Source: Hypanus sabinus | Taxonomy: Eukaryota | Reading direction: 5' to 3' | DNA: 64,000 bases | Assembly: GCF_030144855.1 (NCBI RefSeq) | Contig: NW_026781355.1 | Location: 186,001 to 250,000 of the forward strand | Part shown: positions 23,200 to 37,109 of the stretch, one piece after another | Layout: each line of letters starts with the position of its first letter | How positions within the stretch are numbered: the stretch's first letter is position 1 | Program-made: the position numbers and the translations under genes | The notes under the pieces: generated by a model | Databases searched by the model: none | Told to the model about the DNA's origin: nothing | The model's input: only the letters and a program-made list of their open reading frames with translations

Positions 23200-24000
23200 G
23201 CCAACACAGAGTGGGCAGTGTTGCTCTGTTGTAAAAAGTGAAATAAAATCATTAGAAAGAGGTGACAGAGGGTTGGAAGGTGTTGAATCATTGTGGATAG
23301 AACTAAGGAACTGCAAGGGTCAAACAGCCCTGATGGGAGTTGTATACAGACACCCAAACAGAGGTAAGGATGTGTCCTACAAATTACACTGGGAGATAGA
23401 AAATGAACTCCAAAAGGATAATGTTACAATAGTTATGAGGGAGTTTAATACGCTAATAGAGTGAGAAAATCAGAGAAAATCAAATAATAGAGTGAAAAAA
23501 AGGTTGGTGCTGGATTCCAGGAGGAGGAATTTCCAGGGTGCCTACCAGATGGCTTTTTACAGCACCTTGTGGCTGAGCCCACCAGAGGATCAACTATTCT
23601 GCATTAGGTATTGTGCAATGAACCAGAATTGATTGAGAGCTTAAGGTAAAAGAACCCTGTGGTGCAAGTGATCATAATATAATCAAATTCACCCAGAAAT
23701 ATGAGAAGAAGAGGTGGAAGCCAGATGTATTAGAATTCCAGTGGAGCAAAAGGAATTACAGAGGCATGAGTAAGGAGATGGTCGGATTTGATCGGAAAGA
23801 ACACTGGCAGGGATGATGGCAGAGCAGCAATGGCTGCAATTTCTGCAAGCAATGCAGAAGACTCAGGATATATCCATCCAAAGAGGAAGAAGTATTCTCC
23901 AGGAAAGATGGCACAACCATGGCCAACAAGGGAACTCAAAGCCAACATGAAAACCAAAGAAAGGGCATATAATAGAACAATGCCTTTCTTGATAACTTTC
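23200..24000 (+). mobile_element. CR1 LINE endonuclease fragment
   Basis: VESLWIELRNCKGQTALMGVVYRHPN...VTIVMREFN. Confidence 0.8.
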
Positions 24001-24049
24001 CTTGTGACAAGGAAGTTATGGTAGGGTACAGAACCTGTGGTGTACAAAG

Positions 24050-26048
24050 GCTGTAATAAATCTAGTCAAGAAGAAAAGAAAATCTTACAAAAGGTTCAGA
24101 GATCTAAGTAATGTTAGAGATCTAGAAGATTATAAGGCTACTAGGAAGGAGCTTAAGAAGGAAATTAGGAGAGCCAGAAGGGGCCATCAGAAGGCCTTAG
24201 TGGGCAGGATTAAGGAAAGCCCCAAGGCATTCTACAAGTATGTGGAGAGCAAGAGGATAAGACGTGAAAGAGAAGGACCTATCAAGTTTGACAGTGGGGA
24301 ATTGTGTATGGAACCAGAGGAAATAGCAGAGATACTTAATGAATACTTCAATGTTTACTATGGAAAAGGATCTTAGTGATTGTAATGATGACTAGCAGCA
24401 GACTGAAAAGCTTGAGCATGTAGATATTAAGAAAGAGGATGTGTTGGAGCTTTTGGAAAGTATCAAGTATGATAAATCAAGTTGGATAAGTCGCTGGGAC
24501 CAGAAGAAATGTACCCCAGGCTTCTGTGGGAGGCAAGGGAGGTGATTGCTGAACCTCTGGCAATGATCTTTGCATCATAAATGAGGATGAGAGAGGTTCT
24601 GGAGGATTGGAGGGTTGTGGATGTAGTTACTTTATTAAAGAAAGTGAGCAGAGATAGCACAGGAAATTATAGACCAGTGAGTCGGTTCAGTGGTTGGTAA
24701 TTTGATGGAGAAGATCCTGAGAGGCAGTATTTATGAACATTTGGAAAGGCATAATATGATTAGGAATAGTCAGAAAGGCTTTATCAAAGGAAGGTCATGC
24801 GTTACAAGCCTGATTGAATTTTGTGAGGATGAGATTAAACACATCGTCGAAGGAAGTGAAGTAGATGTAATGTATATGGATTTCAGCAAGGCATTCGATA
24901 AGATTCCCCATGCAAGGCTTATTGAGAAAGTAAGGAGGCATGGGATCCAAGGGGACATTGTTTTGGGAATGGAGAATTGGCTTGCCCCCAGAAGGCAAAG
25001 GCGTGTAGACGGGTCATATTCTGCAAAGAGGTCAGTGACCAGTGGAGTGCCTCAGGGATCTGTTCTGGGACACTTACTCTTCATGATTTTTATAAATGAC
25101 CTGGATGAGGAAGTGGAGGAATGTGTTAGTAAGTTTGCTGAAGACACAAAGGTTGGAGGTGTTGTGGATAGTGTGGAGGGCTGTCAGAGGTTACAGTGGG
25201 ACATTGATAGGATGCAAAACTGGGCTGAGAAGTTGCAGATGGAGTTCAACCCAGATAAGTGTGAAGTGGTTCAATTTGTTAAGTCAAATATGATGGCGGA
25301 ATATAGTATTAATGGTAAGACTCTCGGCAGTGTGGAGGATCAGAGGGACCTTGGGGTGCGAGTCCATAGGATGCACAAAGCAGCTGCGCAGGTTGACTCT
25401 GTAGTTAAGAAGGCGTATGGTGTATTGGCCTTCATCAATCATGGAATTGAACTTAGGAGCCGAGAGGTAATGTTGCAGCTATATAGGACCCTGGTCAGAC
25501 CCCACTTGGAGTACTGTGCTCAGTTTTGGTCACCTCACTACAGGAAGGATGTGGGTACCATAGAAATGCTGCAGCAGAGATTTACCAGATTCTTAACTGG
25601 ATTGGGGAGCATGCCTTATGAGAATAGGTTGAGTGAACTCGGCCTTTTCTCCTTGAAGTGAAGGAGGATGAGAGGTGACCTGATAGAGGTGTACAAGATG
25701 ATGAGAGGCATTGATCACGTGGATAGTCAGAGGCTATTTCCCAGAGTTGAAATGGTTACCACACGAGGACACAGGTTTAAAGTGTTGGAGAGTAGGTACA
25801 GGGGAGATGTCAGGGTTCAGTTTTTTACTCAGAGAGTGGTGAGTGTGTGGAATGGGCTGTTGGCAACTGTGGTGGAGGCAGATATGATAGGGTATTTTAA
25901 GAGGCTTTTAGATAGGTACATGGAGCTTAGTAAAATAGAGGGCTATAGGTAAGCCTAGTAATTTCTAAGGTAGGGACATGTTCGGCACAACTTTGTGGGC
26001 TGAAGGGCCTGTATTGTGCTGTAGGTTTTCTATGTTTCTATGTTTCTA
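24050..26048 (+). mobile_element. 5'-truncated CR1 LINE with a long RT frame (24690-25661) and (TTCTATGT)n tail
   Basis: [45 protein letters not shown]; 3' microsatellite tail. Confidence 0.93.
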
Positions 26049-26061
26049 CAATTAGAAAATA

Positions 26062-27215
26062 AGACCATAAGACATCGGAACAGAATTAGGCCATTCTGCC
26101 CATTGCGTCTGCTCCATCATTCAATCATGGTTAATACTGTTTGTTCCCTCTTCAGCACTACTACCCAGCCTTCTCCCAGTAATCTTTGATGTCATGGCCA
26201 ATGAAGAACCCATAAATCGCCACCTTAAATACATCCAACAACCTGGTCACCACAGCTGCCTGTGGTTATAAATAACACAAATTCATGATCCTCTGGCTGA
26301 AGAAATTCCTCTGCACATCTGTTTTAGATGGACACCAGTCTATCCTGAGGCTGTGCCCTCTTGTCCTAGACTCCCCCACCATGGGAAACATCCTTTCCAC
26401 ATCTACTCTGTCTAGAGGCCTTTCAACATTCGAAAGGTTTCAGTGAGATCCCTCTCATCCTTTTTAAATTCCAGCGAGTACAAGCCCAGAGTCATCAAAT
26501 GTTCCTCATATGATAACCACTTCATTCCAAGAATCATCCTTGTGAACCTCCTCTGAAGAGTCCCCAATGCCTGCACATCTTTTCTTAGATAGAGAGCCCA
26601 GAACTATTCATAACAGTCAAGGTGAGGCCTCACCAGTGTCTTATAAAGCCTCAGCATCACATCCCCGCTCTTGTATTTTAGACCTTTTGAAATGAATGCT
26701 AACATTGCATTTGCCTTCCTCACCACCGACTCTACCTGCAAGTTAGTCTTTAGGGTGTTCTGCACAATGACTCCCAAGTCTCTTTGCATCTCAGATTTTT
26801 GAATTTTCTCCATTTAGAAAATAGTACGCAGATTTATTTCTTTTACCATGCCCATACATTTACCAACATTGTATTTCATTTGCCAATTTCTTGCCCATTC
26901 TCCTAATCCGTCTAATTCCTTCTGCAGCCTACCTGTTTCCTCAGCATTATCTGTCCTTACACCAATCTTCGTATCATCTGCAAATTTGGCAACACAGTCA
27001 CTATTCCATCATCTTAATCATTTATATACAGCATAAAAGGAAGTGGTTCCAAAACCGACCCCTGTGGAACACCACTAGTCTCTGGTAGCCAACAAATAAA
27101 GAATCTTGAATTTCCGCTCACTTCCTCCTACCAATCAGCCAATGCTCTAACCAGGCCAGAAGCTTCCCTGTAATACCATGGTTCTTAACTTGGTAAGCAG
27201 TCTCACATGTAACAC
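26062..27215 (-). mobile_element. CR1 LINE 3' fragment
   Basis: QRDLGVIV...KANAMLAFISKGLKYKS...LYKTLVRPHL on the minus strand. Confidence 0.85.
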
Positions 27216-27219
27216 TTTT

Positions 27220-30200
27220 TCAGTCGAAGCAAGCAGCTGAGAGTGGAAGACCGAAGCATCGCGGAGGGGAGGTCATTTTTCTTTTCTTTAACTGATCGGG
27301 GAAAAGAGGCTCTACTGCGCAGGCGCGTGATGTAGCGCACCAAGGTTTAAAAGAAAGACCTCCATGTACAGCGGCCATCGTTGGAGTGGCCTGAGTCGGA
27401 GTGGGACGGCTTTGGCTCAATCAGACTTCGGTGAGAAACAGGCAGAAGCAAGGGTCGGTTCCGGTAAGTTTCTGTTTACTTCTTTTTTTTATTCAGACAA
27501 GAGAATATGCCAGGCAGGATGTTGGAATACTCCTCTTGCAAGATGTGGGAAGTCAGGGAGACCTCCGGTGTCCCTGAACAAAAATACCTACGAGAAATGC
27601 ATCCAGCTCTAGCTCTTAACAGACTGCGTTAGGGAACTGGAGCTGGAGCTGGATGACCTCCGGATCATTCGGGAGACTGAGCAGTTTATAGACAGTAGCT
27701 TTCAGGAGGTAGTTACACCTAAGGAACAGGGCACAGGTAATTGGGTTACCATCAGGCGAGGAAAGGGGAAAGGACAGGTAGTGCAGGGCTCCCCTGTGGC
27801 CATTCCCCTCCAGAACAGGTATACCGATTTGGATACTGTTGGGGGGACGGTTTACCTGGGACAAGCTGCGGTAGCCAGTTCTCTGGCACTGAGTCTGGTT
27901 CTGCAGAGCAGAAGGGAGGGAGGAAGAAGAGGAAAGCGGTAGTGATAGGGGACTCCATAGTCAGGGGTACAGACAGGAGATTCTGTGGTCGTGACAGAGA
28001 CTCCCGGATGGATAGTTGCCTCTTGGGTGCCAGGGTCAGGGATGTCTCTGATCGCATGCAGAGCACTCAGAAATGGGAGGGTGATCAGCCAGATGTCGTG
28101 GTACCCATCGGCACCAATGACATAGGTAGAAAGAATCAAGAAGTCCTAAAGAGTGAGTACAGAGAGCTTGGTGGGAAGTTGAAAAACAGGACCTGCAGGG
28201 TAGTAATCTCCGGATTGCTGCCTGTGCCACGTGCCAGTGAGGGTAAGAGTATGATGCTCTGGCAGATGAACACATGGCTGAGAAACTGGTGTGTGGGGCA
28301 GGGTTTCAGATTTCTAGATCATTGGGACCTCTTCTGGGGCAGGTGGGACCTGTACAAGAGAGACAGGTTACACCTGAACTACAGGGGGACCAATATCCTT
28401 GCAGGGAGGTTTGCTAGTGTTATTGGGGAGGGTTTAAACTAGATTTGCAGGGGGATGGGAACCAGAGTGCCAGAGCGAATAGTGGAACAGAGGTAAAAAT
28501 AAATGATGTTAGTAGTTCCTGCAAAGTCACAAATAGTAAGGTTGTGTGTGGTGGCAATAATCTTCTGAGGTGCGTATATTTCTATGCAAGGAGTATTGTG
28601 GAAAAGGCAGAAGAGCTGAGGGCCTGGATTGACACGTGGAATTATGACATCATAGCTACAGGAGGGGCAGGACTGGCAGCTCAATGTTCCAGGGTCCGAT
28701 GTCTCAGACGTGATAGAGGCAGAGGGATGAAAGGTGGTGGGGTGGTTTTGCTTGTTAGGGAAAATATTACAGCAGTGCTCAGGCAGGACAGATTAGAGGG
28801 CTTGTCTACCAAGGCCATATGGGTGGAGCTGAGAAACAGGAAAGGTATGACCACATTAATAGGGTTGTATTATAGACCACTCAATAGTCAGCGAGAACTG
28901 GAGGAGCAAATCTGCAGAGAGATAACAGACAACTGCAGGAGAGAGAAAGCTGTGATTGTAGGAGATTTTACTTTTCCACACATTGATTGGGACTCCCATA
29001 CTGTTAAAGGTCTAGATGGGTTAAAGTTTGTGAAACGTGTTCAGGAAAGTTTTCTAAATCAATATATAGATGTACCAACTAAGGAGGATGCAATATTAGA
29101 TCTCCTATTAGGAAATGAGTTAGGGCAGGTGACGGAAGTGTGTGTAGGGGAACACTTTGGTTCTAGTGATCATAACGTCATTAGTTTCAACTTGATCATG
29201 GATAAAGATAGATCTGGTCCTCAGGTTGAAGTTCTAAACTGGAAAGAGGCCAAATTTGAAGAAATGAGAAAGGATCTAACAAGCATAGATTGGGACAGGT
29301 TGTTCTCTGGCAAGGATGTGATTGGTAAGTGGGAGGACTTCAAAGCAAAAATTTTGAGAGTGCAGAGTCTGTATGTTCCTGTCAGGGTTAAAGGTAAAAT
29401 GAATAAGAATAAGGAACCTTGGTTCTCAAGGGATATTGGAACTCTGATAAAGAAGAAGAGAGAGATGTATAACATATATCGGCAACGGGGAGGAAATAAG
29501 ATGCTTGAGGAGTATAAAAAGAGTAAGAAAATACTTAAGAAATCAGGAGGGCTAAAAGAAGACATGAGGTTGCTTTGGCAGTCAGGGTGAAGGTTAAGAA
29601 CTTCTACAGGTATGTGAAGAGCAAAAGGATAGTAAGGGATTAAATTGGTCCTCTTGAAGATCAGAGTGGTTGGCTATATATGGAACCAAAATAAATGGGA
29701 GAGATATTAAATGGGTTTTTTGCATCTGTATTTACTAAGGGAACTGGAATGGAGTCTATAGAAATAAGGCAAACAAGTAGGGAGATCATAGAACTTTACA
29801 GATTAATGAGGAGGAGGGGCTTGCTGCCTTGAGGCAAATCAGAGTAGATAAATCCCCAGGACCTGACAGGGTATTCCCTCGGACCTTGAAGGAAACTAGT
29901 GTTGAAATTGTAGGGGCCCTGGCAGAAATATTTAAAAGATCAATATCCACGGGTCAGGTGCCGAGGATTGGAGGATAGCTCATGTAGTTCAGTTGTTTAA
30001 AAAAGGCTCAAAACGTAAGCCAGGAAATTATAGGCCAGTAAGTTTGACATCAGTAGTAGGTAAATTATTGGAAGGAATGCTAAGAGATAGGATCTACAAG
30101 TATTTGGATAGACAGGGACTTATTAGAAACAGTCAGCATGGCTTTGTGCCTGGTAGGTCATGTTTAAACAATCTATTAGAGTTCTTTGAGGAAGTTACCA

Positions 30201-31397
30201 GGAAAGTGGATGAAGGGAAGGCAGTGGATGTTGTACATATGGACTTCAGTAAGGCCTTTGACAAGGTCCTGCATGGGAGGTTATCTAGGAAGATTCAGTC
30301 ACTAGGTATACATGGGGAGGTAGTAAATTGGATTAGCAGAAGCCAGAGAATGGTAGTGGAGGATTGCTACTCTGAGTGGAGGCCTGTGACTAGTGGTGTG
30401 CCACAGATATCAGTGCTGGGTCCATTGTTATTTGTCATCTATATCAATGATCTGGATGATAATTTGGCAAATTGGATCAGTAAATTTGTTGATGATACAG
30501 ATTGGAGGTGTAGTGGATAGTGAGGAAGGTTTTCAAAGCTTGCAGAGGGATTTGGACCAGTTGGAGGAATGGGCTGAAAACTGGCAGATGGAGTTTAATG
30601 CGGACAAGTGTGAGGTATTGCACTTCAGAAGGTCAAACCAAGGTAGAACATACAAGGTAAATGGTAGGACACTGAGGAGTGCAGTGTAACAGAGGGATCT
30701 GGGAGTACAAATACATAATTCCCTAAAAGTGGCATCACAGGTTGATAGGGTCGTAAAGAGAACTTTTGGTACATTGGCCTTTATAAATCAAAGTATTGAG
30801 TATAAGAGTTGGAATGTAATGGTGAGGTTGTATAAGACACTGATGAGACTGAATTTGGAGTAGTGTGTGCAGTTTTGGTCACCTAATTACAGGAAAGATA
30901 TTAATAATGTTGAAAGAGTGCAGAGAAGGTTTACAAGGATGTTGCTGGGACTTTAGAAACTGAGTTGCAGAGAAAGGTTGAATAGGTTAGGACTTTATTT
31001 CCTGGAGTGTAGGAGAATGAGGGGTGATTTGATAGAGGTGTATAAAATTATGATGGGTATAGATAGAGTGAATGCAAGCAGGCTTTTTCCACTGAGGCCA
31101 GGGGAGAAAAAAAACAGAGGTCATGGGTTAAGGGTGAAGGGGAAAAAGTTTAAAGGGAACATTGGGGGGGCTTCTTCATGCAGAGAGGGTGGGAGTGTGG
31201 AATGAGCTGCCAGATGAAGTGGTGAATGCTGGCTCACTTTTGACATTTAAGAAAAACCTGGATAGGTATATGGATGAGAGGGGTTTGGAGGGATATGGCC
31301 CAGGTGCAGGTCAGTGGGACTAGGCAGAAAAATGGTTCGACACGCCAAGTGGGGCCAAAAGGCCTGTTTCTGTGCTGTGATGTTCTATGGTTCTATA
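27220..31397 (+). mobile_element. Near-full-length decayed CR1 LINE: 5'UTR, ORF1 (SGNH esterase), ORF2 (APE endonuclease + RT), TTCTATGG tail
   Basis: ORF1 VIGDSIVRG...IGTND...DRLHLN (27741-28442); APE YYRPLN, IVGDFTFP, SSDHNVI (28445-29590); [20 protein letters not shown] (29993-); stops and frameshifts. Confidence 0.95.
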
Positions 31398-32130
31398 GAA
31401 CCTTGTCAAAGGCCTTCTGAAAATCCAAATATACAACATCCACTGCATCCACTTTATCTATCCTACATCTAATCTCCTCAAAGAATTCCAAAAGGTTTGT
31501 CAGGCAAGATTTTCCCTGAAGGAAACCATGCTGACTTTGTCCTATCTTGTCCTGTGTCACCAAGTACTCCATAAACTCATCCTTAACAATTGACTCCAAC
31601 ATATTCCCAACCACGGAGGTCCGGCTAAATGGTCTATTGTTTCCTTTCTGCTGACTCCCTCCTTTCTTAAAGAGTGGAGTGACATTTGCAATCTTCCAGA
31701 ACCATGCCAGAAATATCATTACAAATGCCTCCGCAATCTTTACCACTGCCTCTCAGAACCCTTGAGTGCAGTTCATCTGGTCCACGTGACTTATGTATCT
31801 TTAGGTCTCTCAGCTTTTTGAGCATCTGCTCCCTGGTAATAGTAATTGCACTCGCTTCTCTTCCCTCACACTGTCCAACACCTGCTCACTGCTAGTGCCT
31901 TCCAAAATACTCATTTAGTTCACCTGCCATCTTCTTATTATTTCTCTGGCCTCATTTTCAAGCGGTCCTGTATCTACTCTCATCTCTCTTATGTTTTGTG
32001 TACTTGAAAACAGCTTTTTCTATCCACCTTGATACTGTTTGCTAGCTTGCTTTAAATTTCATTTTTACCCCCAATGACTTTTATTAGGTATTTAAAAGCT
32101 TCCTTATCCTCTAGCTTCCCGCTCATTTTT
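31398..32130 (-). mobile_element. CR1 LINE RT fragment
   Basis: ANVTPLFKKGG...[20 protein letters not shown]...DFQKAFDKV. Confidence 0.88.
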
Positions 32131-32149
32131 GCTTTGTTGTATAAGATAA

Positions 32150-32935
32150 CACTTAATTTATCCCGAAGGAAATTATTGTTGCAACGTTGCTCAGTCAGAA
32201 ATATAAACTTTTAAATACAAAATGTAAGCATTGGGATATTAAAAAATACAAAATGTGCATTAAAAATTAACAGTGGAAAATACAGATGAACAATGAAACC
32301 ATTTACTAACATTATTAAGGAGTTGGAGTTGTAGAGACTTAGAGCCAGAGGGAGAAAGGATCTCCTGTGGCGTTCAGTGGTGCACCTCGGTGGAATCAGT
32401 CTGTTACTAAAGGTGCTCCTCTCTTTGTCCAATGTGTCATGGAGGGGTGAGAGGGATTGTCCATAATGCACTGTAGCTTCTGCATAATCATCGTCTCAGA
32501 CAGCCACCAGGGGATCCAGTTCCACCCCCAGAACAGAACCAGCCTTCCTGGCAAGCTTATCGATCTTCTAAGCATCAGCTGCTCTCACCCTGCTGCCCCA
32601 GCGACTACAATGCAGAGTAGAATGCTGGCCACCACTGAGTTGTAGAAGATCTGCAGCAGAGTACTGTAGACGTTGAATGACTGGAGCCTCCTCGGGAAGT
32701 ATAGTCGGCTCTGTCCCTTCTCGTACTGAGCTACTGTAGTTTTAGTCCAGTCCAGTTTATTGTCCATGTGAGTTCCCAGGAATCTGTAGTCTTGGACGAC
32801 CTCCACACCTGTTCCCCTGATGGAGATGGGAATGCAGGGTGCTTTCACCTTCCTGAACTCCACCACCAACTCCTTTGTCTTGGTGATGTTGAGCTGCAGG
32901 TGATCCAGCCCACACCACTCAATAAAGTTGTCCAC
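32150..32935 (-). mobile_element. Rex1/Babar-type LINE 3' fragment inserted in a CR1
   Basis: HLQLNITKTKELVVEFRK...NKLDWT...KGQSRLYF. Confidence 0.85.
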
Positions 32936-32939
32936 CATT

Positions 32940-34260
32940 CCTCTGTACTCAGCCTCTTGCCCTGCCTTTTGCTTTTACTGTAGCTTTGACTTCCCTTGTC
33001 AACCACAGTTGTATTATTTTGCCATTCGAGTTTTTTTTTTGGTTTTGGAATGCATCTACCCTGCACCTTCCTCATTTTTCCCAGAAACTCAAGCCATTGC
33101 TGCTCTGCTGTCATGCCTGCCAGCATCTCCTTCAATTTACTCTGTTCTCATACCACTGTAATTTCCTTTACGCCACTGAAATACTGCTACATCAGACTTT
33201 CCTTTCTCCCTATCAAATTTCAAGTTGAACTCTCAATCATATTGTGATTATCGGTTCCTAATGGTTCTTTTACCGTCAGCTCTCTAATCACCTCCAGTTC
33301 CATTATATAACACCCAATCCAGTAGAGCTGATTTTCTAGTCGGCTCAATGTCAAACTGCTCCAAAATGCCATCACTCAGTTATTCAACAAACTCACTTTC
33401 CTGAGATCCATTACCAACCTGATTTTCCCAATTGACATCCATGCTAAAATCTCCCATGACAATCATAACATTGCTCCTTTGACATGTCTTTTCAATTTCC
33501 CTTTGTAATCTATAATCCAAATTCCAACTTCTGCTCAGAGGCCTGTACATAACTGCCATCAGGATCCCTTTACCCTCGCAGTTTCTTAATTCAACCCACA
33601 AGGATTCAGTATTTTCCAATCCGATGTCACGTTTCTACTGATTTGATGCCATTCTTTACCAGTAGAGTCTGGGATGATTCTGCATCCCTAATGCACTGAC
33701 ACTCACCCTGATGGCTGCCTGCCCTTCCTGACAGTCTGACTGCAAGCAATCTTTGCTTTTTTACCATCCATCCTATCCTGAGTCCCTGAATTCCAGTTCC
33801 TATCCCCCTGCCAAATTAGTTTAAACTCTCCCCAACAGCTCTAACAAACCTGCCCGTGAGAATATTGGTTTCCCTTGAGTTCAGGTGCAACCTGTCACTT
33901 TTGAACAGTGTCATACCTCCCCCAGAAGAGATCGCAATGATCCAAGAACCTGAAGTCCTGCCCCCTGCACCAGCTTCTCAGCCACACATTGATCTGCCAA
34001 ATCATCCCATTTCTACCATCACTGCCGCGTGGCACAGGCAGCAATCCAGAGATTACTACCCTGGAGGTCCCGCTTCTCAGCTTTCTACCGAGCTGTCTAA
34101 ATTCTCTCTTTGCTTCTCTTTCCGATGTCATTGGTACCAACATGTGTCAAAATGTCTGGCTGCTCTCCCTCCCTCTACATAAAGCTGTGGATGCAATCCG
34201 TGATGCCCCTGACTCTGGCATCTGGGAGGCAACATAGCATCTGGGTGTCCTCTTCACATC
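32940..34260 (-). mobile_element. CR1 LINE fragments (ORF1 esterase and endonuclease)
   Basis: VVISGLLPVPRG...FRFLDH (33895-34143); ESLWVELRNC...IVMGDF (33380-33619). Confidence 0.82.
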
Positions 34261-34289
34261 CACAGAATCTTCTGTTTGTTCCTCTGAAT

Positions 34290-35150
34290 ATCAGAAGCAG
34301 TTTTGGGCCCCTTATCTTAGAAAGGATGTGCTGAAACTGGAGAGGGTTCAAAGAAGGTTCATGAAAATGATTCCAGGATTGAATGGCTTGTCACATTAAG
34401 AGTGGTTGATGTCTCTGGGCCTGTACTCACCAGAATTCATTAGAATGAGGAGTGACCTCATTGAATCCTATCGAATGGTGAAAGGCCTCGATAGAGTAGA
34501 TGTGGAGAGGATGTTTCCTATGGTGGGGAGTCTAAGACCAGAGGACACAGCCTCAGAATTTGAAGCACACGCCATTGGGAGCATTTAATAGGTAGTGAGA
34601 GCTTGTCCGTATTTCCACCCTCAGCTATAACAACATTAACCCTTTACAACAGGTACTCAAAACTGCCCAACGCATCGCTGGCACCAGCCTACCCAGCATC
34701 AAACTCATATATACACAGAAAGGTGCCAATAAAGGCCAGGTAACATCATGAATGATCTCACAACACCACCCCCCCTCGCTCATGGACTGTTTGTCCCACT
34801 CCCATCAGCACCACACCAGGACCACCAGACTCAAAAACAGTTACTTTGCCCAAACAGCAAGTCTGATCAACCCCTCCCCTCTCCACACCCCCACCACCAC
34901 CTCTTCATCATTTCCTGACAGTCACCTTATGTGCACACACTCCTGTGCCTCATGTCACTTTAAGGACACACAATTGATCTGTGTAGAGAAACTAGCTTAT
35001 GCGTTTATACTTATCTTGTGTATTTTTTGTATCATTGTGTTCTTTATCTCAGTGTTTTTTTGAGTTGCTTCGAACCCAGTGTGACAGTTATTTTATTCTC
35101 CTTTACACTTGTCTACTGGAAATGATATGAAACAATTTGAATGTTGAATG
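34290..35150 (+). mobile_element. CR1 RT C-terminal fragment followed by a Rex1/Babar 3' fragment
   Basis: LGLYSPEFIRMRSDLIE; TRTTRLKNSYF. Confidence 0.7.
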
Positions 35151-36719
35151 TTGAATCCGGGGTTCCTGCAGTGTGTTTTGTTTCCAGCAACTGCAGTCTC
35201 TGTGTCCCCGTGATGATGGTCACACTGCCTTCAGTGAAACCCCGGACACTAACTCCGCCTGTGTCCAGTTATCTGCAGGACCTCTTCCTCCTGGTCAGTT
35301 CTCTCCCCCTCCAATCCCCTGCTTTATGGTCTCTTTCCCTTTGACTTCACCCACTAATTGCAATTGCCAGATCCATGTATCTTATCCATGTTCACTCTAG
35401 GAATTGGAGCGTAAGGTCGCAAGATATAGGAGCAGAATTAGGCCATTCGGTGCATCTAGTCTGTACCACCATTCCATTATGGCTGATTTAGTTTCCCCCT
35501 CAACCCCATGTTCCTGCCCTCTCTCTGTAACCTTTGATACACTTCCTAATGAAGAAACTATCAGACTCCGTTTTAAATATACGCAGTGACTTGGCTTCCC
35601 ACAGTCATCTGTGGTGATGAATTTCACAGAATCACGACTGTCTGGCTGAAGAATGTCTGATACCAGAGGGTGTGTGATTCAGCTGGGAGGGGGTAAGTTC
35701 AAAGGGGGTGTGGGGACAAATTTATCTTTACAGAGAGAGTGGTGGGTGTGTAGAACACACTGCCGGGGTTGGGGGGGGGGGGGAGAGACAGATTGCATAG
35801 AGGCGTTTAAGAGACTCTTGGACTGATGCATGAATTGTGGTTTGGGATATAGACTTGGTGTAGCAGAAACAGTTGGTTGGTTTAGTTAAGCATTTAATTA
35901 CGAGTTTAAGTAGTTTGTGGACTGAAATGACTTTTCCTGTGCTATACTGTTCTATGACTTTCTATCCAGCCTCCTGCAGAATTCTCTGTAAATTCTACAG
36001 TTCCGTGCAAAAGTCTTAGACACCTATATATAGCTGGGGTGCCAAAGACTTCTGCAGTTCTGTATTTGTCAACGTGGAGCGGAGAGAGAGTTTGTAAATC
36101 TGGTGGAAGCAAAAGCTGTTGGGAATGGTGAGGATGAAGTGTGGGACGGGGGCAGAGAAGGAGTGCTGGGGCAAGGGATGGTGTGGGTGCAGACACCCCC
36201 AGACCTGAGACGCCAAGATCATCTGATTCCAAACAACTGTTTTACCGATCACTACACGATGTCTCTCTGGTGTTTCCCGCTCCCTTCCCCTTTTCCCAGC
36301 CATGATTGCCCCCTCCCTGTCCCCTTTCCCACTCTCAGTCCACAATCGAGTCCCCTATCAGCATCAGGTTTATCATCACTCACAAATGCCACAGAACAGA
36401 GAACATTGAAGAGTACAGTGAAGGAACAGGCCATTCGGCCCATAATGTTCACTGAACCAACTAAAAAGTAAATCAACCCCCCCACCACCATCTCTCCACC
36501 TTCCTCACACCCATGCACCTACCCAAACGTCTCTTAAAAGCCTCCAATGTATTTGCCTTCACCACCCTACCAGGGGGGGCATTCCAGGCACCCATCACCC
36601 TCTGAGTAAAAAACTTACTCCTCACGGCCCCCTTGAGCCTACCCCCCTTTCACCTTCAATGCCCTCTGGTATTGGACACTTCAACCCTCACCTTAACCCT
36701 AATGTCGGCAGATCAAGCA

Positions 36720-36875
36720 GCATCTAGTGAAAAGAGCCCAGAGTCAACGTTTCAGGCCGAGACCCTTCTTCAGGATGGAAATGAAAGGGTCTCAGCCTGA
36801 AACATCGACTGTTCACTCCCCTCCTGCCCGGCCTGCTGAGTGCCTCCAGCATTTTGTGTGTGTTGCTCTGGGCTT
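36720..36875. mobile_element. Inverted pair of Penelope-type terminal-repeat fragments with a hammerhead-like motif
   Basis: Minus strand 36742-36776 reads CTGAAGA-AGGGTCTCGGCCT-GAAA-CGTT-GACT; the plus strand has a degenerate copy and the GAGTGCCTCCAGCATTTTGTGTG tail. Confidence 0.7.
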
Positions 36876-37051
36876 GCAGAATCTGGTGTTTGCAAATTAC
36901 TGCAGGACTGTGCAAAAGTCTTTGGCACCAAGCTATATATATGTAAGTGCCTAAGACTTTTCCACAGCATCGTACTTGCATAAAATTTGCTTCCAGTAAA
37001 CGCGAAGAGTTTGTAACTACCGTCATGAGAAAGTGCACTGTGTTTGAAATG

Positions 37052-37109
37052 ACTTCCTGCCAGCTACTAACTTCGAAATTTGCTGAAAATGTTTTTTTGA
37101 GGAAGTGAA
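37052..37109 (+). promoter_or_regulatory. Two ETS/PU.1-type sites upstream of the receptor start codon
   Basis: ACTTCCTG (37052-37059) and GAGGAAGTGAA (37099-37109), 90-145 bp 5' of the ATG; no clear TATA box. Confidence 0.5.
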
